From a virus (taxonomy: Duplodnaviria > Caudoviricetes), in IMG/VR virus record IMGVR_UViG_3300021082_000030, positions 1-55,861 of that record: DNA of 55,861 nt; one strand, given 5' to 3'. A program made the position numbers and the translations under genes. Of the stretch, positions 26,914 through 34,039 are shown piece after piece. The notes beneath the pieces were generated by a model that made no database searches, was not told the DNA's origin, and saw only the letters and a program-made list of their open reading frames with translations. The number at the start of each line of letters is the position of its first letter. Position 1 is the stretch's first letter.

Positions 26914-27160
26914 TGTTGATGAGTTGTTTGGTTGCCCCGGCGGGGCGGAAAGGACGAGATCGAAACCACTGGTTACCGGCCACGAGCCACGCGGGACAGG
27001 GCAGTCAGCACCGCGAAAAGCACGATCCGAAAAGTGCATGCAGACCATACCGCCCGCGTCGACTTCTCTGGAACGTAAACCGAGAGATAGATGCTCCCCG
27101 CACCACCGGCTGAGACACGCCGGCGAGTCAGTCGGGGCAACAACAAATCTACAATTCAAA
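26914..27160 (+). ncRNA. Putative structured non-coding RNA (~250 nt), family not recognised
   Basis: 11-bp closing helix 26931-26941/27131-27141 with flanking extension, several internal helices, T-loop-like CUGAGA and CGAAA loops, no convincing ORF. Confidence 0.6.
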
Positions 27161-27161
27161 C

Positions 27162-27204
27162 GTGAACAGTAAGCGGGGCCTTCGGGCCCCGTCATAGTGT
27201 TCAT
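27162..27204 (+). promoter_or_regulatory. Long hairpin with GTAA/CATAG internal loop (RNase III-like site), copy 1
   Basis: GTGAACA-GTAA-GCGGGGCC-TTCG-GGCCCCGT-CATAG-TGTTCAT. Confidence 0.55.
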
Positions 27205-27251
27205 CCGAACACCGCGCCTCGCAACGGCGCAACTCAAATGGAGAACTGAAA

Positions 27252-28277
27252 ATGACTGCTCAGCTAAACGAAGTTGAATGCACGATCGCGGACGCGGCTG
27301 TGCTGCTCGAACGGCAACTAGACAAGGGACGCCCGGTGATGATGTGGGGCCCTCCCGGCGTCGGCAAGTCGGCGATCGTCTGGCAGCTTGGTGCCAAGCG
27401 CGACCGCAAGGTGATCGAGTATCGCGCCAACTTGCGCGAGCCGGTCGACGTGCGCGGCATCCCGGTGCCTGATCTCAAAAGCGGCGTCACCCGCTGGCTG
27501 GTGCCGGACGAACTGCCGCGCGCCGATCGCGATGGCGAGTTCGGCTATCTGTTCCTCGACGAGATCAACACGGCATCGCCGCAGATGATGGCGGTGCTGT
27601 TCGGTCTTGTTCTCGATCGGCGCGTCGGCGAATACGAACTGCCGCCGGGCTGGCAGATCGTCGCCGCCGGCAACCGCGTGAGCGATCGCGCGGCTGCGCA
27701 GCGGATGCCGACGGCATTGCGCAACCGCTTCTCACACTTGACCGTGCTGCCTGACGTGAACGCGTGGGCGGTGTGGGCGAACGGTGCCGGCATCGCGCCG
27801 GAAATGGTGGCCTTCATCCGGCTGCGCCGCGAACTGATCCACCGCATGCCGCGCGGTGATGAGAACGCCTTCCCGACACCGCGATCGCTGGTCGCGGCTG
27901 CGGACTTCGTCGACGTGCCGAGCCTCTCGATGCGTCAGAAGCTTTTCGCCATGCACGTCGGCAACGATGTCGCTGGCGAGTTGAACGGCTTCATCGAGCT
28001 TTATCAATCGCTCGGTTCGCTCGACGACATCATCGCCGATCCCGACAAAGCGACGGTGCCCACCGAGCCTTCACAACTCTACGCGGTTTGCACCGGCCTT
28101 GCCCGTCTCGCGACGCGCAAGAACTGGGCGCAAGTCGTGAAGTATGCCGAGCGGCTGAAGGGCGAGCATCAAGTGTTGCTCGTGCATGACGCCGTGATGC
28201 GCGACCCGAAGCTGAAAGAGACGGCAGCCTATAGCAAGTGGGCCGTCGCCAATCAGGGCGCGCTCTTGCAATCGTGA
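27252..28277 (+). CDS. MoxR/CobS-like AAA+ ATPase
   Basis: WGPPGVGKS, LFLDEIN, IVAAGN, ALRNRF, FPTPRS. Confidence 0.9.
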   Translation: MTAQLNEVECTIADAAVLLERQLDKGRPVMMWGPPGVGKSAIVWQLGAKRDRKVIEYRANLREPVDVRGIPVPDLKSGVTRWLVPDELPRADRDGEFGYLFLDEINTASPQMMAVLFGLVLDRRVGEYELPPGWQIVAAGNRVSDRAAAQRMPTALRNRFSHLTVLPDVNAWAVWANGAGIAPEMVAFIRLRRELIHRMPRGDENAFPTPRSLVAAADFVDVPSLSMRQKLFAMHVGNDVAGELNGFIELYQSLGSLDDIIADPDKATVPTEPSQLYAVCTGLARLATRKNWAQVVKYAERLKGEHQVLLVHDAVMRDPKLKETAAYSKWAVANQGALLQS

Positions 28278-28319
28278 GCAGTAAGGGCGGCGCTACATGC
28301 GCCGCCCCATAGTGCCCAC
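28274..28319 (+). promoter_or_regulatory. Long hairpin with GTAA/CATAG internal loop, copy 2
   Basis: GTGAGCA-GTAA-GGGCGGCGC-TACAT-GCGCCGCCC-CATAG-TGCCCAC. Confidence 0.55.
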
Positions 28320-28369
28320 AAGCGACACTCGCCGGCGCAACCGGCGCAAACCCAAATGGAGTCACAATC

Positions 28370-29284
28370 ATGAACGCGAAAAAGATCGCCTCGCCGCTGT
28401 CGCGGAAGGCAACGCTGGTGTCGGTCGACATCAGCCAATGGACGGCCCGCAAGCTCGACAAGCGGGTGACCGACAAGGTCAACCGCGATCACCACGCCAG
28501 CGACGACGCTGGCCGCTACCACAAGCTGCTGATCGAGGCGAAGCGCTTAGAGTCGATCAACTCGATCGTCGCGCAGGCGCGCCGGCTGCACTACACGATG
28601 ACCAAGCCGTGGGCCGATGAGGGCCTGCGCATCCTGCCGAACGTACTGCACGAAAAGTTTGCGGAGCAGTTCCGCAACCTGAAGCGCGAATTCGATCAGG
28701 CTGCCGACGACTTTTGCCGCGACTATCCGACGTTCATCGCCGAGCGCAAGCGCGCGCTCAACGGGCTCTTCAATCAATCGGACTATCCGGCGGTCGAAGA
28801 GATCAGGAGCAAGTTTCGGCTGACGACGAAGACGTTTCCTCTGCCTGAGAGCGACGACTTCCGGTCTGACGTTCTCGATGCCGACACCGTCGAAGACATC
28901 AAGGCCGAGCTTGCCGAGACTAACGATCGCGTGCTTGCCGATGCGATGACGCACACGGCGAAGCAGATCGGCGAGGTTGTCGGCCACATGGCCGAGAAGC
29001 TGAAGAACTACCCCGGCCAAAAGCCGGCCAAGGGCAAAAAGGCAGGCAAGGGTTCGCGCAGCTTTTTCTCTTACTCGCTGGTCGAGAACGTGAGAGAGCT
29101 TGCCGAGCTTCTGCCGGCCTTCAATCTCGACAACAACCCCGATCTTGCTGCGGTCACCGATCGCATCAAGAAAGAGCTTTGCACCGAAGACGCAAAGACG
29201 CTTCGCGAAAACGAAGGCGTGCGGAAGAGCGTGGCGAAATCAGCCGACGATATTCTGCGCGATGTTGAAAGCCTGCTCGGCTGA
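28370..29284 (+). CDS. DUF3150-like helical protein
   Basis: LVSVDISQWTARKLD N-terminus; position between AAA and vWA genes. Confidence 0.6.
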   Translation: MNAKKIASPLSRKATLVSVDISQWTARKLDKRVTDKVNRDHHASDDAGRYHKLLIEAKRLESINSIVAQARRLHYTMTKPWADEGLRILPNVLHEKFAEQFRNLKREFDQAADDFCRDYPTFIAERKRALNGLFNQSDYPAVEEIRSKFRLTTKTFPLPESDDFRSDVLDADTVEDIKAELAETNDRVLADAMTHTAKQIGEVVGHMAEKLKNYPGQKPAKGKKAGKGSRSFFSYSLVENVRELAELLPAFNLDNNPDLAAVTDRIKKELCTEDAKTLRENEGVRKSVAKSADDILRDVESLLG

Positions 29285-29336
29285 GAGCGCGCCGGTCGCA
29301 ACCCGGCGCTTTTTTCAAACCCAAATGGAGACGACA

Positions 29337-30770
29337 ATGCCAACGATCGACACTGCGGCGGCGCTGGCCGCCGAGCGCGTCAGCAAGGCGCGGCAAGAAC
29401 TGATCCTGACCCGCACGTTCTACGGCGTGCTGGTGAGCCAAGTGCTGGCGGTCGCATCGCGGGATTTCCCGACGATGGCGACCAACGGCAAACAGCACTA
29501 CTACAACCCGGACTTCATCAACGGGCTGCGCCAAGTCGAAGTGCTTGGCGTGCAGGCGCACGAAACCGAACACGACGCGCGCCGGCATCAGACCCGGCGC
29601 GGCACCCGCGACCCGGACGAGTGGAACGTGTGCTGCGATCTCGCGATCAACCCGGACCTGATCAAGGCCGGCTTCACCCTGCCGGAAGGCGCGCTGCTCG
29701 AATGGCGCTTCGAAGGCATGTCAGCCGAAGACATCTACCGCACCCGCGAGCTTGAGCGGCAGCCGCCACCGCCGCAGCCGCAGCAAGGCGACGGCGAAGC
29801 GGACGAAGACGACGACGCCGGCAAGCCCGGCGACGAAGACAACGATGCCGGCGACGAGGGCGACGACACCAGCGACGAAGCCGGTGAGCAGCCCGGCGAC
29901 AAGGCCGACGGAACCGACGGCGACGATGCCGACGGCGACGAAGGCGGCCAGCCGGGCGCTGGTGAGCCCGGCGAGGGCGAGGGCGGCGAGGGTAGCGGCG
30001 GCTCTCAGGAAGCCACTGGCGAGGCTGCCGGCGAAGGCGGGCAGGCTTCCAGCGGCGACCCGGGCCGTTGCGGCGAGGTTCTCGACGCGGCACCGGACGC
30101 CGCCGAGCGGGCCGACGAAGACGCGAAATGGGAGCGCGTGGTGCGCGAGGCCGCAAGCCTCGCACGCAAGCGCGGCGAGCTTCCGGGGCACGTCACCCGG
30201 GAGATCGAGCGCAACGATCACCCGCCGCAAGACTGGCGCGAGACTTTGCGCGCCTTTTTCGACGGCGGCGCGGTGACGACTGAAACGTGGTCGCGGCCAA
30301 ATCGCCGCTTCATCGGCTCGGGCTTGTATCTGCCCGGGCGCGAGCGTGACGGCGTCAACCGCGCGGCGTTCTTGGTCGACACGTCGGGCTCGATGGACAA
30401 GATCGCGCTCGCGGCGATCGGCGTCGAGGTACAGGCTGCGCTCGATGAAAACATCATCGACGAAGTCGTGGTGATCTACGGCGACACGAGAGTGACGCGC
30501 GTTGACACCTACCGGCCCGGCGACGAATGCGAGTTCGATCCGCGCGGCGGTGGCGGCACAGTGCTGGCCCCGCTGTTCGATCACGTCACCAACGAAGTCG
30601 ACGCCTCGCTGATCGTCTGCTTCACCGACGGTTACACCGACATCAACAGCAACAGCCCCGAGCCTGCTTGCCCGGTGCTGTGGGCCTTCACCGGCCTTCC
30701 GCAGGAGGTTCGCCGGCACATGGCGAACGCGCCTTGGAACGCTGCCGCGATCGATGTCGGATCGCACTGA
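29337..30770 (+). CDS. DUF2201-type HExxH metallopeptidase-vWA protein
   Basis: PTMATNG, HETEH, WNVCCDLAIN, acidic linker, MIDAS VDTSGSM...GGGT...FTDG. Confidence 0.88.
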   Translation: MPTIDTAAALAAERVSKARQELILTRTFYGVLVSQVLAVASRDFPTMATNGKQHYYNPDFINGLRQVEVLGVQAHETEHDARRHQTRRGTRDPDEWNVCCDLAINPDLIKAGFTLPEGALLEWRFEGMSAEDIYRTRELERQPPPPQPQQGDGEADEDDDAGKPGDEDNDAGDEGDDTSDEAGEQPGDKADGTDGDDADGDEGGQPGAGEPGEGEGGEGSGGSQEATGEAAGEGGQASSGDPGRCGEVLDAAPDAAERADEDAKWERVVREAASLARKRGELPGHVTREIERNDHPPQDWRETLRAFFDGGAVTTETWSRPNRRFIGSGLYLPGRERDGVNRAAFLVDTSGSMDKIALAAIGVEVQAALDENIIDEVVVIYGDTRVTRVDTYRPGDECEFDPRGGGGTVLAPLFDHVTNEVDASLIVCFTDGYTDINSNSPEPACPVLWAFTGLPQEVRRHMANAPWNAAAIDVGSH

Positions 30771-30857
30771 CCACTGCAGGGCGGCATCGCAAGGTGCCGC
30801 CTCACAGTGTTCATCCGAACACTGCCGGCGCAACCGGCTATCAAATGGAGAACGAAA

Positions 30858-31163
30858 ATGCGCTTACTTATCGCGACCGGCATCGTTGCCGGACTTCTGG
30901 CTGGCCCAGCGATCGCCGACGACAAACTGAACCAAGCCGCCGACATGGCTGCGTTTGCAATAGCCTGCCCCAGTCACTGGAATCGGCTGCCGCCTCGAAC
31001 GCAGCGGATCATCGTCGGCATCGGAGAGGACGCCGGTCGCAGCTACGACAAGGAAACGATCGAGAAAGCCGTGCGCGAGGCATACGCCAACGGCTACGAC
31101 AAGCAGGGCGAGCGCTGGTGCGTGTCGATGCAAAAGATGCTGACCGACGCTGGAAACTTTTAA
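30858..31163 (+). CDS. Small secreted protein with two cysteines
   Basis: Signal peptide MRLLIATGIVAGLLAGPAIA. Confidence 0.7.
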   Translation: MRLLIATGIVAGLLAGPAIADDKLNQAADMAAFAIACPSHWNRLPPRTQRIIVGIGEDAGRSYDKETIEKAVREAYANGYDKQGERWCVSMQKMLTDAGNF

Positions 31164-31205
31164 CCGCCCGCCGCAAACGGGCTCAATCTCAAATGGAGAA
31201 CTACA

Positions 31206-31475
31206 ATGTTGAAACTATCTGAAAGGGAATTGCGCGTGATCGTCGACGCGCTGACTCAGTATGTCGACAACGCGCAGGACATGGACGACCAGCCGGCGGG
31301 CGTCGCGATCGCCGAGCGGCTCACCGATGCGCTGATGCCCATCGCCTACCCGATGAGCGTCGACGCGATGCTGACGACGATCGCCGCCGTGCATGGCGAT
31401 GACGACTCTATGGCGGTGCATGAGATGATGGCAGTTGAGATGGCCGACAAGGCGAAGCGGAGGGCGGCGCGATGA
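31206..31475 (+). CDS. Hypothetical protein
   Basis: CAAATGGAG leader, 89 aa. Confidence 0.65.
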   Translation: MLKLSERELRVIVDALTQYVDNAQDMDDQPAGVAIAERLTDALMPIAYPMSVDAMLTTIAAVHGDDDSMAVHEMMAVEMADKAKRRAAR

Positions 31476-31522
31476 AGCGAAAACGCAACGAATAGCGATT
31501 TTGTTGTTGCCCCCTGAAAATT

Positions 31523-31567
31523 AAAATCCCCGGTCGAGCTTCACGCTCACCGGGGATTTTCCTTTTT
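31523..31567 (+). terminator. Terminator-like hairpin
   Basis: AAAATCCCCGGT...ACCGGGGATTTT followed by CCTTTTT. Confidence 0.7.
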
Positions 31568-31705
31568 GTGCTGTCTTTGCAACGCCTTGTCGCCAGCACT
31601 TGATGCGACACCGAGTCACAAATTTTTCATCACGCGCGCCCGACAGTAGTATCCGAAACAAGGGCGACGCGCGTTTGCTCTATTCCTTTGCAATGCGGAC
31701 TGGGA

Positions 31706-31945
31706 ATGCGCACGGCACAGTTTGTGAGACGCTCGCGCGCGAAGCTCAATCTGACGCAAGCCGAACTGGCAAAGGCACTTGGGCTCGAACGCCGCAGCAT
31801 CATGCGATACGAGAAGGGCAGCCCGTTGCAGCCGCATATTCGCTACGCCATCAAGTGGTTGGTCGCCCGCGACAAGCGACTCAAGCAACTGGCGCGGAAG
31901 CGAGCCGCACGCAAAGCCAGAATCAAAATCCCCGGTGAGCCGTAG
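31706..31945 (+). CDS. XRE-family HTH regulator, copy 1
   Basis: RAKLNLTQAELAKALGLERRSIMRYEKG. Confidence 0.8.
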   Translation: MRTAQFVRRSRAKLNLTQAELAKALGLERRSIMRYEKGSPLQPHIRYAIKWLVARDKRLKQLARKRAARKARIKIPGEP

Positions 31946-32200
31946 GGCCCAGCCGGGGATTCGCTCGTGCGATCGCAACTTCGCGGTCGAGCCTCGCGCC
32001 CGGGCCAAATGGAGAATCCCGGTCGCCAGTAAGCTCTTGATGTAGGCGCGTTGTCGCCCCGTTGCAACGCTCTTTTGTGCTGCGTCGCGAAAGCTGCGCA
32101 ACATCTTGCACAGCTTCACCCTTGTCCACAAATTGTTAACTTGACGCCAACTTGCAGGGTGACATGGTGCGACACGATTCGAAACGGGAAGAGGGGCTAA

Positions 32201-32443
32201 GTGAGTACGGCAGAACTTTTCACGCCGATGCCTGATGATGCTGGTTTCGTGAAACGTGCGCGTGCGAAGCTCAAGCTAACCCAAGGCGAACTAGCTGAGC
32301 AGCTTGGGCTCGAACGGCGCACCGTGATGCGCTACGAAAGAGGCGACCAGTTGCCGCCCCAGACTCGCTTTGCGATCAAGTGGCTGGTCGCCCGGGACAA
32401 GCGAAACAAGCAGAGAGCCAAGGACCGCGAGCGCGGCGACTAG
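32201..32443 (+). CDS. XRE-family HTH regulator, copy 2
   Basis: RAKLKLTQGELAEQLGLERRTVMRYERG. Confidence 0.82.
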   Translation: MSTAELFTPMPDDAGFVKRARAKLKLTQGELAEQLGLERRTVMRYERGDQLPPQTRFAIKWLVARDKRNKQRAKDRERGD

Positions 32444-32631
32444 GAGCTAAGCCTGCGGATCGCGTCGCGCACCGCCTTCTCTCTCTCGGTGAGCCGCTGC
32501 AGTCCCTTGCCGAAGCGCTTCATCGCCGCGTCCATATCCGACTCAACCATCATCACTTCGAACAGCGTGCAGAAATGTTTCAGCACCGCCTGATCGAGCG
32601 CGGCGTCGAGCAGTTCGTCGGCGGGTGCCAT
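32440..32631 (-). CDS. Hypothetical protein at the end of the late operon
   Basis: 63 aa after the endolysin. Confidence 0.5.
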   Translation of the reverse strand: MAPADELLDAALDQAVLKHFCTLFEVMMVESDMDAAMKRFGKGLQRLTEREKAVRDAIRRLSS

Positions 32632-32633
32632 GC

Positions 32634-33320
32634 TCACCGATCCTTCGCTAACTCTAGCCATGTGTACCGCCCGACAACGCCGTCGACGACCAAGTCGCAC
32701 TTGTATTGGAACGCGCACACCGCCTGCTCGGTGCCCGGCCCAAAGTCGCCGTCGATCGGGATGATGTGACCGGCGTCGACCAGTTGCCGCTGCAGGATTT
32801 CAACCGCCGGCCCCTTCGCGCCCTTCTGCAGCACGGGAAAAACCGGAACGGCAGAGGCAGACACCGGCGGCAGCGGCGCATCTTCGATCTCCGCGCCGAT
32901 GTCCCAGCGCGATTCGTCGTCGTAATATTCCGGCTCGTCCTTCACCGAAATATGCACATGCATGCTGTGCGGATTCGATCCGGTGTAGGTGCGCCACACC
33001 CATGCCTCATGATCCTGTCCGGTGCCGCTACAAATCTTCTCGTTGGAAATAATATATTTGATGCGCTCGTCTTCGCTCACGACCAGCGCATCGGCGAGCC
33101 CTTGCGACGGCATGCCGGACGCCGGATCGTTGGTGATGTCCTGCGCCGACACAACCCAAGTGTCGGTTTCGTCGTCGTATATCCACGGGTTGTGATCGCT
33201 GGTCGTGGTCTGGTGGCTGGCGTCGCCGATCCAGCCGTCGCTCGCCTTGTCGCGATCGGGCGCGAGCGCGTTCACTTGCTCGACCAGCACCGTAAGGCTT
33301 AACGCGCGGCGATCTGTCAT
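32634..33320 (-). CDS. Endolysin: putative Zn peptidase with a peptidoglycan-binding domain
   Basis: SDHNP...AQDIT...PHSMHVHIS; C-terminal LQKGAKGPAVEILQ...DGDFGPGTEQAVCAFQ...VDGVVG. Confidence 0.8.
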   Translation of the reverse strand: MTDRRALSLTVLVEQVNALAPDRDKASDGWIGDASHQTTTSDHNPWIYDDETDTWVVSAQDITNDPASGMPSQGLADALVVSEDERIKYIISNEKICSGTGQDHEAWVWRTYTGSNPHSMHVHISVKDEPEYYDDESRWDIGAEIEDAPLPPVSASAVPVFPVLQKGAKGPAVEILQRQLVDAGHIIPIDGDFGPGTEQAVCAFQYKCDLVVDGVVGRYTWLELAKDR

Positions 33321-33547
33321 TGTGTTGGACCTTGCCGGCAGTCGCGAATGTCGCTCACCAGCTTGCTGATCAACTCGACTTGCGACTTGTTGCGCTCGGC
33401 GCTGTTGCTGGCAACGGCACCAAGCACATAGGCCGCGAACCCAAGAAAACCGATGTTGACGATCAGCAATGCGATCGCGAGCGGGGTCGATCGCATTGCG
33501 TCGATCGCCACGCTCGCAACCTTGCCGCTGGTTTCAACCGGGGCCAT
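33317..33547 (-). CDS. Holin-like membrane protein
   Basis: Single TM helix, directly upstream of the endolysin. Confidence 0.55.
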   Translation of the reverse strand: MAPVETSGKVASVAIDAMRSTPLAIALLIVNIGFLGFAAYVLGAVASNSAERNKSQVELISKLVSDIRDCRQGPTQ

Positions 33548-33675
33548 CAAGCCGGCTCTTTGTCGTCTTCGTCATCGTCTTCGTCCGGCTCGGGCTGCGG
33601 CGTTTGCTGCGGCTTCGGCGGCTCGGTGATGGGCGGCTTCTGATCGGGCTCGCGCGGGTTTGGATGTTGCTGCAT
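33547..33675 (-). CDS. 42-aa Pro/acidic peptide
   Basis: AAAGGA RBS, MQQHPNPREP...DEDDKEPA, TGATG coupling. Confidence 0.4.
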   Translation of the reverse strand: MQQHPNPREPDQKPPITEPPKPQQTPQPEPDEDDDEDDKEPA

Positions 33676-33759
33676 GATGTTTTCCTTTCGTCTGGGGTGA
33701 AAGCCACGCACGCAAAGCTGCGCCAACTCTGCGCCGCCTTTCCTCGCACTTGAGACAGG

Positions 33760-34038
33760 TCACGCCGGTTGCGTTTTTGCGATGAAGTCCTGCAGCGACA
33801 GCGGTGGCTGGCCTTCGATCGCGCGCAAGCGATTCTCGTGGTCGTAGATCACCGCCTGCGCTTGCGTCGGCTGCGGTGGGGCCGGCTCGGGCGGCACATA
33901 CGGATCAGGCACGCCGCCGTCGTCGAGCCATGCCTGATACTCGACCCAGTCGCGGTTTGCCGGATCGTTCGGGATGCCCGCGCCGTCCGCTGTGCGGATC
34001 ACCATCGAGTCGGTCGAAGTCAGTTGATACTCTGCCAT
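33760..34038 (-). CDS. Tail fibre assembly chaperone-like protein
   Basis: VIRTADGAGIPNDPANRDWVEYQAWL..GGVPDP, directly after a fibre gene. Confidence 0.65.
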   Translation of the reverse strand: MAEYQLTSTDSMVIRTADGAGIPNDPANRDWVEYQAWLDDGGVPDPYVPPEPAPPQPTQAQAVIYDHENRLRAIEGQPPLSLQDFIAKTQPA

Positions 34039-34039
34039 T

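Noticed and set aside
26914-27160. Cobalamin riboswitch, RNase P RNA, hammerhead or pistol ribozyme, or tRNA
   Set aside because: Only fragments resemble them (GCCAC..GGGA..AGTCAG; TGATGAG; CGAAA). The ordered cores (B12 box, GAGGAAAGUCC, CUGAUGA-stem-GAAA, cloverleaf) are not present
26831-27237. ORFs 26831-27172 (+), 26856-27113 (+) and 26839-27237 (-)
   Set aside because: No good RBS, atypical composition, and they overlap a promoter and strong RNA structure
27162-31208. CRISPR array or integron attC cassettes
   Set aside because: Repeats are degenerate and separated by whole genes; no cas genes; no RYYYAAC/GTTRRRY attC ends; the integrase is P4-type, not IntI
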